From an uncultured bacterium (GTDB taxonomy: Bacteria > Fidelibacterota > Marinisomatia > Marinisomatales > Marinisomataceae), in assembly GCA_943788675.1 (NCBI GenBank), contig CALSRE010000001.1, forward strand, positions 49,400 through 113,399: a stretch of 64,000 nucleotides of DNA, read 5' to 3'. Of the stretch, positions 26,411 through 39,719 are shown piece by piece. Under the pieces are notes generated by a model. The model was not told the DNA's origin. It was given only the letters and a program-made list of their open reading frames with translations, and did not search any database. Position numbers and translations under genes: made by a program. How positions within the stretch are numbered: the first letter of the stretch is position 1; the number at the start of each line of letters is the position of its first letter.

Positions 26411-27334
26411 TTAAGCCTTATCTGCCAATGAAACCATAATTGCATTTTGAGTATGTAATCTATTTTCAGCTTGTTCGAAAACAATAGAATTAGCAGAATC
26501 AATAACTCCGTCTGTTACCTCTCTACCTCTTTCAGCTGGAAGACAATGCATAAACATATAATCATCTTTTGCATGTTTTATAAGCTCTTCATTGACTTGC
26601 AATGGAGAAAATATTTTGATTCTTTCATCGATTTCTTCTTTTTGACCCATTGATGCCCATACATCAGTATAAATAACATCTGCATCCTGAACTCCCTCAA
26701 CAGGATCATGAGAAATATTAATTGTTGAAATTTCCTTAGATTTAGTAAAAGATATTGTATCAGCATCTGGTTCAAACCCTTCTGGACATACACACGTAAA
26801 TTCAAAGGGAAGTATAGCTGCTAATCTAATCCAAGAATTCACAATATTATTTCCGTCACCTACATAAACAATTTTAAGATTTTCAAGATTATCCTTTTTT
26901 TGCTCCCAAATAGAAAACATATCAGTAAGTATTTGGCACGGATGATTATAGTCAGTCAAACCATTGATTACTGGAACGGTCGCATGCTTTTCAAAATCCA
27001 GCATATCTTTATGACTAAAAACCCTTGCCATAATCATATCGTTATATCTGCTAAAGAGCTGAGCTAAATCTGAAGCGCTTTCACGAGTCCCTAAACCTAT
27101 ATCTTGCGGAGCTAAATAAATAGCATGACCTCCCATCCAAGCAAATCCAGTTTCAAAAGACACTCTAGTTCGCGCAGAAGGCTTTGCAAATATCATTGCC
27201 ATAGAATAATCTTTGAATGGTGTATAGCTTTCTTTGTTTCTATATTTTGCTTTCAACTCAGCCGCTAATTCAAATAAATCTAGTATTTCATTCTTACTGA
27301 AATCGTCAACTTTAATACAATGTTTTACACTCAT
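26411..27334 (-). CDS. argF: ornithine carbamoyltransferase (or closely related acyl-ornithine transcarbamylase)
   Basis: 307 aa with SARTRVSFE, HPCQILTD and HCLPAERG motifs. Confidence 0.8.
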   Translation of the reverse strand: MSVKHCIKVDDFSKNEILDLFELAAELKAKYRNKESYTPFKDYSMAMIFAKPSARTRVSFETGFAWMGGHAIYLAPQDIGLGTRESASDLAQLFSRYNDMIMARVFSHKDMLDFEKHATVPVINGLTDYNHPCQILTDMFSIWEQKKDNLENLKIVYVGDGNNIVNSWIRLAAILPFEFTCVCPEGFEPDADTISFTKSKEISTINISHDPVEGVQDADVIYTDVWASMGQKEEIDERIKIFSPLQVNEELIKHAKDDYMFMHCLPAERGREVTDGVIDSANSIVFEQAENRLHTQNAIMVSLADKA

Positions 27335-28623
27335 TATTCTTTCCTTTGATTTGCATTTTTAATATTTAATATTTTACGATATTTGGCTACAGTTCTTCTT
27401 GCAACTAAAAAATCTTTTATCATTAATTTTTCAACTATATCTGAATCAGAAAGAGGATTATCCTTATCTTCTTTTTCAATAATATTTGAAATCATATATT
27501 TTAACTCATTAGAAGATGAAACTTTTCCAGAATTTTTTATTAATGCGCTAGAAAATAAACTTTTTAAACTAACAAGTCCAATAGGAGAATCAATATATTT
27601 ATTTTTGATTACTCTACTAATGCTTGAAATATCTTTTTCAATTTTTTTTGCTATATCTTCTAACTTTAAAGGATTTAAAAATTTTGATTTTTCTGATAAA
27701 TAGTCGCCTTGTACCAACAAGATTTGTTCAATGACGTCTTTCAAAACTGTTGACCTATAATTAAGTGTATCTAGAATATTTTGAGCACTACTAATATGGT
27801 TTTTTAAAAAAGACTTCTCTTGTTCTGACGATTTTTCATTGATTGCTGCATCTAAATAATCTTGAGATATTTGATATTTATTTAAAAAACTATCATTGAT
27901 TAAAATGAGCCACCCATCATCTTTCAACTTCACAACTGCGTCGGGTATAATATTTTCATCCCCTAAATCAATATCAAATATTGGTGAAAAATTTTGATCT
28001 GCAATTATTAGCAATGCTTGATCAATTTCTTCTGAACTATAACTTAATGCATTCTTGATAGCTTTTATATCCTGATTTAGAAATTGTTCAAAATAATTTT
28101 CAACGATTTCAGCTGAAAGGTTATTAACATCATTTAATTGAAAAATTAAATATTCTTTTAAATCTCTAGAGGCTATTCCTTTAGGATTTAATTGCATTAC
28201 ATATTTTCTAATTTTGTTTATCTCTTCTACGCTCAATGCATGACTGTCAGCAATTAATTCTAATTCGGTATCTAAAAAACCATTCTTATCTAAATTAAAA
28301 ATTATTTCTTTTGCTATCAGCTTATGGCTATTATCCAAATCTGAAGTATCTATTTGATTAATCAAGTCATCAGATACATCTTTTTTTTCAGGAAGATTCG
28401 CTAAAAATAAATCATATGAGCCTTGATCTGAAAACCCATCCTTATATTGATTGATTGGTTCAGATTCTTGTATACTTTTTTCTTCTAAAACTGGATTAAT
28501 TTGAATTTCACTTTCTAAATCTTTTTCAAGCTCTTCAATAGAAAGCTCTAATAATCTAGACTTTATAATTTGTTGAGGAACAATAGATTGTTTTTGTTTA
28601 AGCTTGGTGGATAGTTTACTCAT
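27334..28623 (-). CDS. rpoN: RNA polymerase sigma-54 factor
   Basis: 429 aa with an N-terminal Gln/Leu-rich region I and the C-terminal RpoN box ARRTVAKYR. Classic position downstream of lptB. Confidence 0.85.
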   Translation of the reverse strand: MSKLSTKLKQKQSIVPQQIIKSRLLELSIEELEKDLESEIQINPVLEEKSIQESEPINQYKDGFSDQGSYDLFLANLPEKKDVSDDLINQIDTSDLDNSHKLIAKEIIFNLDKNGFLDTELELIADSHALSVEEINKIRKYVMQLNPKGIASRDLKEYLIFQLNDVNNLSAEIVENYFEQFLNQDIKAIKNALSYSSEEIDQALLIIADQNFSPIFDIDLGDENIIPDAVVKLKDDGWLILINDSFLNKYQISQDYLDAAINEKSSEQEKSFLKNHISSAQNILDTLNYRSTVLKDVIEQILLVQGDYLSEKSKFLNPLKLEDIAKKIEKDISSISRVIKNKYIDSPIGLVSLKSLFSSALIKNSGKVSSSNELKYMISNIIEKEDKDNPLSDSDIVEKLMIKDFLVARRTVAKYRKILNIKNANQRKE

Positions 28624-29351
28624 TGATCAAGTTTGAAATTTTTCCCAAGATAAATTCTTCTAACTTCTTCATCATTTGCAAGCGTTTCAGCGTTGCCTGA
28701 TTTTAAAATTTTTCCACCATACAATAAATATGATCTATCTGTTATAGACAATGTCTCTCTTACATTATGATCAGTAATTAATACGCCTATGTTTTGTTTT
28801 TTTAATGAAATAATCATCTGTTGAATATCCTCGACTGCAATTGGATCAACGCCCGCAAAAGGCTCATCAAGTAAAATAAAATCTGGCTTAAGAGCTAAGG
28901 TTCTACAGATTTCAACCCTTCTTCTTTCACCGCCAGATAATCCTGCGCCAATATTATGTCGAATATGATCAATGTTGAATTGATTAAGTAGCTTATCAAT
29001 TAATGTGTCTTGCTCTTCTTTATCCGGGATAATAGTTTCTAAAACAATTTTTAAATTATCTTCTACGCTAAGTTTTGCAAATATAGATGGCTCTTGAGCT
29101 AAGTACCCAATACCCATTCTTGCTCTTTTATACATTGGAGATTTTGTAATATTTTTATCCCCAAAAGTAATCTGTCCAGAAGTTGGCCTAATCATGCCAG
29201 TAATCATATAGAATGTTGTTGTTTTACCTGCACCATTTGGACCTAACAATCCTACAACCTCTCCTTTATGCAAATTTAAATCAATATCATTGACTGCATA
29301 AAAATCTCCATATTGTTTTACTAAATTTTTCGCTTTTAAAATCTTACTCAT
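28620..29351 (-). CDS. lptB: LPS export ABC transporter ATP-binding protein LptB
   Basis: 243 aa with Walker A GPNGAGKTT, signature LSGGERRRVEI and Walker B ILLDEP. Lies in lptC/rpoN context. Confidence 0.9.
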   Translation of the reverse strand: MSKILKAKNLVKQYGDFYAVNDIDLNLHKGEVVGLLGPNGAGKTTTFYMITGMIRPTSGQITFGDKNITKSPMYKRARMGIGYLAQEPSIFAKLSVEDNLKIVLETIIPDKEEQDTLIDKLLNQFNIDHIRHNIGAGLSGGERRRVEICRTLALKPDFILLDEPFAGVDPIAVEDIQQMIISLKKQNIGVLITDHNVRETLSITDRSYLLYGGKILKSGNAETLANDEEVRRIYLGKNFKLDQ

Positions 29352-29871
29352 TGTTAATTGAACCTCTAGGATTTAAAATATTCCAATTTGTTAAATCTAT
29401 ATTTGATTCAAACCCTTTACCATAAAATGTATCCGTATCTGAAGTTATAAACTCTAAAGTAGCTTCGGTAAATATTTTGTCTGAACTATTATCCCAAAGC
29501 AAGGAATCTGTCAATAGCTTCTTGCCATCATTTGACTCAACGCTAACATTTCCAAAAGCTTTTATTACATTATCTTTCTCATCAACAATTGCTGATTGAG
29601 ACTTAATGAGGGATTTATGCATAAAATTTTCATCATATAAATCAACAAATACATTATCATATAGCTCTAATTGCAAAGACTCATTATTTTTTTTGAGAAT
29701 ATCAGATTGAATCTTTGCTGTAATATTGCCTTTTTTTGTTAAAGTAATTTCTACATTACTGGATACCTGATTATGTCGATCTTGTACAATATTTTCACTG
29801 GATTCAGGGCTTGAACATCCAATTAGATAAAACATTATAAGGAATGAAAAATTATTAAATCTTTTAATCAT
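29344..29871 (-). CDS. lptC: LptC-like LPS export protein (lipoprotein form)
   Basis: 175 aa with lipobox LIGC|S and a beta-jellyroll-like repeat pattern (LLTDSLLWDNSSDKIFT). Located between kdsC and lptB. Confidence 0.55.
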   Translation of the reverse strand: MIKRFNNFSFLIMFYLIGCSSPESSENIVQDRHNQVSSNVEITLTKKGNITAKIQSDILKKNNESLQLELYDNVFVDLYDENFMHKSLIKSQSAIVDEKDNVIKAFGNVSVESNDGKKLLTDSLLWDNSSDKIFTEATLEFITSDTDTFYGKGFESNIDLTNWNILNPRGSINNE

Positions 29872-30410
29872 CTTAATTCTTCGATAAGCTTATCTAAATG
29901 AGCTGTATAGTCTCCTCTTGATTCAATCAACATATCAATAACCTCTCTAACAGCTCCTTCTCCTCCTACTAAAGTGGTCGTGTAATGTACATAATTAGCA
30001 ATATATTTAGGAGCATTAGGCACTGTAACTGCAAAACCAACTTTCTCAAGAATAGGAATATCAATTATGTCATCTCCAACAAAACATATTTCATTATCTG
30101 ATACGCTATACTTCTTTTTTAATTCGCTGTATGCGTCAATTTTTCTAATAACACCATTATAAATATCATCAATTTGTAATTCTTTGGCTCTTAGTGTAGT
30201 AGTTTCAGATTCTCTACCAGTAATCCATGCTGTTTTAATATTAAGCTTTAATAAACGAAGCATAACAAATCCTACGCCATCTAAAACATTGAAGGATCTC
30301 ATTTCTTCTCCTGAAGTGCTTTTGATAAGTGCTCCATCAGTTAATACTCCGTCAATATCACAAATAAAAAGTTTAATTCCTGAAAGCTTTTCTTTTAATT
30401 GTTTATCCAT
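29868..30410 (-). CDS. kdsC: 3-deoxy-D-manno-octulosonate 8-phosphate phosphatase
   Basis: 180 aa HAD with DIDGVLTDG and GDDIIDIP motifs, between kdsA and lptC. Confidence 0.85.
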   Translation of the reverse strand: MDKQLKEKLSGIKLFICDIDGVLTDGALIKSTSGEEMRSFNVLDGVGFVMLRLLKLNIKTAWITGRESETTTLRAKELQIDDIYNGVIRKIDAYSELKKKYSVSDNEICFVGDDIIDIPILEKVGFAVTVPNAPKYIANYVHYTTTLVGGEGAVREVIDMLIESRGDYTAHLDKLIEELR

Positions 30411-31229
30411 ATTTTAAATAAGTCTCCCTAAATGCTAGTATTGATTTTAAAGTTTTTTCAAGCTTACTAATTGGCCACTGAGTACTAGCATCGCTTAAGG
30501 CATTTTCAACATCATCGTGTACTTCCATAAAAATACCATCTGCGCCAGATGATATAGCTGCGAAAGTTTGAGATGGAATATATTCTCTATTTCCACTAGT
30601 AGTTTTTTCATGATTTCCCGGAATCTGTGCGCTATGTGTTGCATCAAAAATGATTGGGAAACCAAACTGTCTCATGATTGGAATTGACCTTAAATCAGTA
30701 ACTAAGCTATCAAAGCCAAATGTATTACCTCTTTCAGTTATTAAAATATTATCGTTGCCAGCTTCTTGAACCTTCTTAATAATATTTCCAACTTTGTAAG
30801 GAGATAAAAATTGTCCTTTTTTAATATTGACTACCTTTCCTGTTTTAGCTGCTGCGATTAAAAGGTCTGTCTGCCTACATAAAAATGCTGGAATTTGGAT
30901 AATGTCCACCACATCACACACTTCGTTTGCATGCTCTGGAAGATGAATGTCTGTAGTAACAGGAATATTAAAATTATTTTTGATTTCTTCTAGAATTTTT
31001 AGTCCATCTTCAATGCCATTTCCCCTATAAGAAGATATTGAAGTACGATTTGCTTTGTCAAAAGAGCTTTTAAAAATAAATGGTACATTTAATTTAGACA
31101 CAACCTCCGTGATCTGTTCTGCCATACCAAAACAATGATCCCTACTTTCTATAACACAAGGCCCTCCAATAAAAGGAATTGCATTATCTCCAAAAACAAT
31201 ATTTTTTGTCTGTACTTTATTTACTGCCA

Positions 31230-31230
<1 letters not shown>
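30403..31230 (-). CDS. kdsA: 3-deoxy-8-phosphooctulonate synthase
   Basis: 275 aa with GPCVIES, FKSSFDKANRTS and DATHSAQIPG motifs. Confidence 0.9.
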
Positions 31231-33506
<2,276 letters not shown>

Positions 33507-33510
<4 letters not shown>

Positions 33511-33818
33511 TGGCTTTCCTTTTTTACAGTTAAAGGCACTTTAATATAATCTCCATTTGAACTTGGACTATTTTTTAAAACATCTTCTTTACTCAGAGAG
33601 CTATTAACCGTATCAGCTCTTAATGATGTGTGCATATCATGAACGTTATTAAGCTCTTGAACATCTTCGGTATCAATCTCATTTAATATATCCATATAGT
33701 TCAAAATATTATTCATATCTTCAGTTCTCTTTTCAAGCTCACTCTTTGTTAAAGATAGCCTTGAAAGACCTGCAATTTTTTTAACTTCTTGTTCAGTGAT
33801 TTTATTTTTTTTAGACAT
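33507..33818 (-). CDS. gatC: Asp/Glu-tRNA amidotransferase subunit C
   Basis: 103 aa with GatC-like size and N-terminal VKKIAGLSRLSLTKSELEK pattern. Confidence 0.7.
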
Positions 33819-33877
33819 AAATAATTTGAATGAATTTAGATGATTAAGAACTTTGCAGCAAGCAAAAGGCTACAAGC

Positions 33878-35146
33878 TTAATCGTATCTCATTGAATCTA
33901 TAGGATTTAGCCTTGATGCTCTTATCGCTGGATATAAACCAAAAATAATTCCCATAGATGCACAAATTTGTAAACTGTAAAATACCCAATCAAATGGGAT
34001 TACTGGGTCCTGCTGTAAAAATATTGCAACAATACTTCCAAATGATAATCCTAAAATAATTCCCACTATTCCACCAAGAAGAGAAATCAAAATTGCCTCT
34101 ATCAAGAACTGTAAGAAAATGTCTATTCTTCGGGCACCTAATGCTTTTCTAATACCAATCTCTTTGATTCTTTCAGTAAGAGATACTAGCATGATGTTAG
34201 CAATCCCTATTCCTGCAACCAATAATGAAATCCCTGCAATTAATCCCACAAAAATTGATAGTGAAGAAGTAAAACTTCCAAAAGTATCCATTAGTTGATC
34301 ATTTGTTGCGATGTAAAAATTATTTGGTTCACCTGGAGGAATTTTTCTAATTGCTCTAAATACCCCGATAGCTTCATCTGTAGCATCTGCCAAGGTATCC
34401 ATCGATTCAGCTTCTAGAATAAGTTGAAGATCAGGTCTTCCTCTCCAGCCTTTTGTGCCAAAATATTTCAAGAAGGTACTAATTGGAATACCAATCATGC
34501 TATCCATATTTTGCCCCAGCAGTTCACCTTTTGGCTCTGTTAAAGCAATTATTTCAAATGGAATATTATCAATTTCGATTGATTGACCAACCGGGTTCGA
34601 ATATGGAAAAAGTTGTTCTTTAATATAGTATCCTACAATAGCGACTCGACGAGAATTTTCTATGTCAATCTCTTGTATATTTCTGCCATCAAGAATATCA
34701 TATTTAGAAACAGATAAAACATCTCCATCTGACCCCCATAAACTTGCAAGTCTACTTTTTAATTCTTCTTTTCCAACAGATATCGTTCTATCACTAGGCT
34801 CTTCAGTTGTTGTGGCAGCCATATTTGTTGTTAAAGTAAGAGTACGTTTTAACTGTTCGTATTCATCCCATGTAATTCTTGGAATTCTTCCTTTACGACC
34901 AACGCTAGGTCCAAATTGAACATTAATAGGATTATCTTTTGTGATATAAAAAATATTGGTTTTCATGTCGCTAACCAGCATCTCAGTTTGCTTTTCAAAG
35001 GTAGCTAGGACAGTCATAATTGCAATGATTGAGGAAACTCCAACAGTAATACCCATCAAAGTCAGTGCAGTACGTAATTTTGTTTGACCAAAATAGAACA
35101 AAACGCCTCCAATGGCATCAACAAGATAATTAAATATTCTATTCAT
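33878..35146 (-). CDS. ABC transporter permease, MacB/FtsX-like
   Basis: 422 aa with an N-terminal TM helix, a periplasmic MacB_PCD-like domain and the C-terminal FtsX 3-TM bundle (RKALGARRIDI). Confidence 0.8.
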   Translation of the reverse strand: MNRIFNYLVDAIGGVLFYFGQTKLRTALTLMGITVGVSSIIAIMTVLATFEKQTEMLVSDMKTNIFYITKDNPINVQFGPSVGRKGRIPRITWDEYEQLKRTLTLTTNMAATTTEEPSDRTISVGKEELKSRLASLWGSDGDVLSVSKYDILDGRNIQEIDIENSRRVAIVGYYIKEQLFPYSNPVGQSIEIDNIPFEIIALTEPKGELLGQNMDSMIGIPISTFLKYFGTKGWRGRPDLQLILEAESMDTLADATDEAIGVFRAIRKIPPGEPNNFYIATNDQLMDTFGSFTSSLSIFVGLIAGISLLVAGIGIANIMLVSLTERIKEIGIRKALGARRIDIFLQFLIEAILISLLGGIVGIILGLSFGSIVAIFLQQDPVIPFDWVFYSLQICASMGIIFGLYPAIRASRLNPIDSMRYD

Positions 35147-36402
35147 CTCTTAAGGCATCTATTGGATTTAAATTTGCTGCAGTTCTAGCAGGAATCATAC
35201 CAGCTAATACGCCAATTACTACGCAAACCATAAAAGTATAAAAAATTAAAATAGCGTCAAAGCTTACCGGGAGAGTAGAACCGTTAAAACTTGCAATTGG
35301 AAAAGAAGAAATACCAAAGACTGTTAGTCGAATAAGCAGGATTCCAACAGACCCTCCAATAATTGCAATAGCAACAGCTTCGCTTAAAAATTGCGTTAGA
35401 ATATTAAAGTTTGTAGCACCCATTGCTTTTCTTAAACCAATCTCTCTAGTTCTTTCTCTAACAGAAACAAACATTACATTCATAATTCCAATAGCAGATA
35501 CAACTAAAGAAATTCCTGTAACTAAAAATCCCATCCCAGCAATAGCATTTTTCATATCATTAAACTGAGTTTGGTAAGCATCGGCAGAATTCACAGAAAA
35601 ATTATCGTCATCACCTGGAGGAATTTTTCTAGCGACTCGCATAATCATCCCAACTTCCTCTTTAGCTAAGGGAATATTGTCTGGATTAGTTTGTAATACT
35701 AATTCATCAAATCCCCATCTAGTCAAAATACGTTCGAATGTTGTTGAAGGCATAAGCACAAGAGAATCCAAACTGCCTCCCGGAACCATTCCCATACCTT
35801 GTTTTTTTAGCTCGCCTATAATTTCGAATGTAACATTATTCAATCTAATTTTTTTCCCAATGGGATCTTTGCCTTCAAAAAATCCATCTCTAACACTTGC
35901 GCCTACAATAATTACTCTTCGTTGTAATTCCCATTCATTTTGGGAAAAAAAAACGTCCATTGACAATCTCTGTTCCGCTGAGCATGTCTTGATAACTAGG
36001 GTACACTCCATTAAGTTGTAGCCATGAAGCCTTATTACCAAAACTTGCTTTAGTCCAAGTGTTTTTCTTAATACTTACATCTGTTACGTATTCACTGTAT
36101 TGATTAATATACTCCAAAGAAGATTCTTCAATTTTTGGACGGTTTCTATATTTCCACCAATCAAAATCAAAAGACCATGGCCAAGTACCTACATATATTT
36201 TATCGTTTCCATAGTAGTCCATAGATTTTGCAAATTCCTTATCAATACTAGAGATTGAAGCTGTTACTAAACTAACTGTAAAAATACCAATAGTTAATCC
36301 AGTTGAAGTAAGAATAACTCTGGTCATATTTGACCTAATTGAAAATAAACCGATTAAAATATTTTTAAAAAAATTATTCATCTCTTGCAATTTTTCCGTC
36401 AA
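35139..36402 (-). CDS. second MacB/FtsX-like ABC permease, interrupted by one frameshift in a 9-nt homopolymer
   Basis: ORF 35935-36402 (N-terminal TM plus periplasmic start, ends ...IVNGRFFFPK) and ORF 35139-36041 (…FFSQNEWELQRRVIIVG... FtsX bundle, RKAMGATNFNI) overlap at A9 (35945-35953). Confidence 0.7.
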
Positions 36403-37063
36403 AAATGTCTATTCTTCTTTTTGAAAGCTTTGCAACAGATTCTTCATGCGTAACCATAATGATAGTATTTCCAGCTTTATGCAATTTGGCGAAAAATTTT
36501 AATATATCATTTCCGCTTTTAGAATCAAGATTACCAGTTGGCTCATCAGCTAGAATAATAGAGGGTTTATTAACAAGAGCTCTAGCAATTGCAACTCGTT
36601 GTCTTTGCCCTCCTGAAAGCTCATTAGGCTTATGTGTCATTCTATCTTGTAAACCAACAATACTCAAAGCTTCTTCAACTCTTACAGTTCTATCTTTTTT
36701 ACCCAAAGAAGAATAAATCAGAGGCACTTCAACATTTTGCATTGCATTTAATTTTGGTAACAGGTTAAATGTCTGGAAAACAAAACCAATTTTTTGATTT
36801 CTAATATTTGCAAGTTGGTTATCATTCATTTCTGATATTAATTCACTATTAAATTTATAATCACCTTTTGTTGGAACATCTAAACATCCAATGATATTCA
36901 TTAATGTTGATTTACCTGATCCTGAAGGACCCATAATAGATATATAATCATTTTCATAAATACTTAACGATACATTATCTAAGGCTTTAACAACTGTCTC
37001 TCCAAGATGGTAAATTTTTGAAACAGATTGTATTGCGATAATTTCTTTTTTGTTTTTAGCCAC
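36374..37063 (-). CDS. ABC transporter ATP-binding protein (MacB/LolD family)
   Basis: 229 aa with GPSGSGKST, LSGGQRQRVAIARAL and ILADEPTGNLD motifs. Confidence 0.9.
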   Translation of the reverse strand: MAKNKKEIIAIQSVSKIYHLGETVVKALDNVSLSIYENDYISIMGPSGSGKSTLMNIIGCLDVPTKGDYKFNSELISEMNDNQLANIRNQKIGFVFQTFNLLPKLNAMQNVEVPLIYSSLGKKDRTVRVEEALSIVGLQDRMTHKPNELSGGQRQRVAIARALVNKPSIILADEPTGNLDSKSGNDILKFFAKLHKAGNTIIMVTHEESVAKLSKRRIDIFDGKIARDE

Positions 37064-38318
37064 GTTTACGTCTTTGTATGGAGTTTTCTTTTACTTTCAC
37101 AGCTGCCCCATCATATAGCTCTCTACTTATGGCAATGAAGCTTCCTGTAACAATTTTTTCACCCTTTTCAAGACCTGAAAGAATCTCATAGTCTCTGTCA
37201 CCAACAATACCAGCTTCTACAACGCGCTGCTCTACTGTATTATCTTCTTTTAATACAAATACAACGGTTGATTTAGACTTGTTACCTGAATTTCTTTTCA
37301 TTTGAGACCAATCATTTCCTCCTGAAGAAACTTCTACAGACATTGATGGTTTTTTCCCTTCAGATTTTTTAGAAGGCCTTGGAGTTGTTAATGCTTGAAT
37401 TGGTATAGCAATCGCTCCCAATCTTTCTTCAGTAATAATATCGACTGTAGCACTCATCCCTGGGCGCATTCCATCTTCTACATCTAACATTTGAACTTTA
37501 ACCTGAAAATTTGTGACCTGCTGCGATGATCCGCCGCTTGAAGTAGTGGCCGCGTATGCAACCTCCTTGACAATGCCTTTAAATTTTTTATTTTGATAAG
37601 CATCTACTTGAATTAATGCAGTATCATTGATAGAAATATCAGCAATGTCATTTTCATTCACATTAACATATACTTCCATTTTTGATAAATCAGATAACTT
37701 CATTAAAACAGTTGGGCTAAACATACCTCCTTGCGCCAAGTCACCTTCTTCCCCATCTATAAATGTAATTGTACCATCTTGAGGAGCAATTAATCTCAAT
37801 TTTGATAATGCATCTTCATCTTGAATTAATCTAGATTGTGCACCATTAAAAGAGCTTAATGCTGAAGCATATGAAGAATTTGTAGTCTCCATTTCTTGAT
37901 CTGATATAAGCCCCTGCTCATAAAGCTTAGACTGTCTCTCTTGTTGTTTCTTTCTTTGTTCAAGCTGAACCTTTGCAGCTTCTAGACTTGCTCTTGAAGC
38001 TTCCGTAGCTGCGCTTTGTTGCTCATCATCAAGTGACATTAAAAAATCACCTTTCTTTACAACATCTCCTTCTTTAACAGCAATCTTGGTAATATAAGTA
38101 GTACTATTTGCACTAAGTTTTACTTCTGTTTCAGGAGTTAATACTCCATCAGCTACTACTTTACTGCTTAAATCTTTGGTGCCAACCTCTTGCACAGATA
38201 CTTCAAGTATACTGTCATCATCACCTCTACCAAAAAAAGAAAAGGCTAATGCGATTACTACCAAAACACCAAGTGCTTTAATTTTATTTTGTTTAACTAA
38301 ATCAATGAACTTTTTCAC
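37056..38318 (-). CDS. efflux periplasmic adaptor (HlyD/MFP family)
   Basis: 420 aa with an N-terminal anchor, lipoyl-like hairpin (GDVVKKGDFLMSLDD), a coiled-coil and beta-barrel domains. Confidence 0.8.
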   Translation of the reverse strand: MKKFIDLVKQNKIKALGVLVVIALAFSFFGRGDDDSILEVSVQEVGTKDLSSKVVADGVLTPETEVKLSANSTTYITKIAVKEGDVVKKGDFLMSLDDEQQSAATEASRASLEAAKVQLEQRKKQQERQSKLYEQGLISDQEMETTNSSYASALSSFNGAQSRLIQDEDALSKLRLIAPQDGTITFIDGEEGDLAQGGMFSPTVLMKLSDLSKMEVYVNVNENDIADISINDTALIQVDAYQNKKFKGIVKEVAYAATTSSGGSSQQVTNFQVKVQMLDVEDGMRPGMSATVDIITEERLGAIAIPIQALTTPRPSKKSEGKKPSMSVEVSSGGNDWSQMKRNSGNKSKSTVVFVLKEDNTVEQRVVEAGIVGDRDYEILSGLEKGEKIVTGSFIAISRELYDGAAVKVKENSIQRRKRG

Positions 38319-38327
38319 AAAAACTCC

Positions 38328-39596
38328 TTATTTGTATTTTCTATCTAACGTCCCAATTAAATCATCTAAGCTAGCTGATTGAATTGCTGCATCATATTTT
38401 GTACCAACTAACGATGAGCTAGCTTGAATAACAGTTAATTGAGCGTCTAATAATTCTAATATAGTTGCTGAACCTAACTCATATTTTTGCTGAGCTAGTT
38501 TCAAGTCTTCTTCTGCTGACAATAATACTTCTTCTTGAATAGGTATCAATTCCTGATAATTATTTAATCTATTAAGCGCTGCATGCAAGTCTACCTGTGC
38601 ATTTTTTAATGCAGAAGTGTATGATGATTCTTGTTTTGATAATTGTAATTTGGAAATTTTGATATCATTTCGTTTTCTAAATCCATTAAATATTGGAATA
38701 CTTAAGGTCAAATTAGCACTTTTGATATAATTATCTTCGAAATGTTGCTTTGTAATTTGATCATTTGAATTAGCGTTGTATCCCACGCTCATACTTAAAC
38801 TTGGTAAGGTTGAAGCCCATGATTGCTTAACGCTAATTTTCGCAGAATCTATTCTTTTATCCAAAATATTTAAACTTGGACTATTTTGAGACATCAACTG
38901 GTACGCCTCTTCAAATGAAGGAATAATTAAGTTAATTTCAACTTTCTTGGGTAGGTTGATAGAAATGTCTGTTCCAATTAATCCCATACTATTTCTTAAA
39001 TTTTTTACAGAGTTATTAAAGTTAAGTTCTCTGTTTAACAATGTAGATTTAGCAGTACCATATCTAACAGTTGCTTTTAAATAGTCTGTTTTGCTGACTG
39101 CGCCTAATTCAAATTGTTGCTTTACAAGATCTAGTTGTTTTTTTGATAGCAATAGATCTTCTTTTGCAATTTCGAATAGTTCTGAATTTTTTAAATACTG
39201 ATAATAAAATGTGTAAACATTTAAGATAATTCTAGAAGTTGTTTCTCTTTTTTGAATCTTAGAAATCTGATAAGTATTATCGCTCTGACGAACTGAATTT
39301 ACTCTACTACCAAAATTAAAAAGGCTTTGAGATAAATTAACTCCTCCTGAATATGATTCTCCTCCTAAGACTAATGAATTGCCATATGTAGTTTCTCTAA
39401 AAGAATTACTTGCACTTATAGATGGAAGCAATAATGCTGCAGAAGATCCTCTATTGAGCTTGGCAATAGTAACATCTCTTTCAGCATTAATGATTGGTGA
39501 TTTGTTTTCAAGCGCAATTCTTACCGCCTCATCGATACTTAATGTTTGTCCATTTGCTAAACACAGTAATAATATTGTTAATACTTTTGTCTTCAT
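38328..39596 (-). CDS. TolC-family outer-membrane efflux protein
   Basis: 422 aa with a signal peptide and two OEP repeats (LSIDEAVRIALENKSP..., tandem helical/strand repeats). First gene of the efflux operon. Confidence 0.8.
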   Translation of the reverse strand: MKTKVLTILLLCLANGQTLSIDEAVRIALENKSPIINAERDVTIAKLNRGSSAALLLPSISASNSFRETTYGNSLVLGGESYSGGVNLSQSLFNFGSRVNSVRQSDNTYQISKIQKRETTSRIILNVYTFYYQYLKNSELFEIAKEDLLLSKKQLDLVKQQFELGAVSKTDYLKATVRYGTAKSTLLNRELNFNNSVKNLRNSMGLIGTDISINLPKKVEINLIIPSFEEAYQLMSQNSPSLNILDKRIDSAKISVKQSWASTLPSLSMSVGYNANSNDQITKQHFEDNYIKSANLTLSIPIFNGFRKRNDIKISKLQLSKQESSYTSALKNAQVDLHAALNRLNNYQELIPIQEEVLLSAEEDLKLAQQKYELGSATILELLDAQLTVIQASSSLVGTKYDAAIQSASLDDLIGTLDRKYK

Positions 39597-39697
39597 CTTA
39601 ATCCTTGATATTCTTTAGACATAATTTATATCTAAAAGTTTCAATATTTCTCATTATTTGCGAGCAAGCAATTTATATACATTTAATAACTATTACA

Positions 39698-39719
39698 AAT
39701 GTAAAGTTTGCTTTACATT
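39698..39719. other. perfect inverted repeat AATGTAAAG-TTTG-CTTTACATT (terminator of cca or operator of the efflux operon)
   Basis: 9-bp arms with a 4-nt spacer in the 169-bp gap between the cca stop and the TolC-family gene start. No strong T-run follows on the minus strand. Confidence 0.3.
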
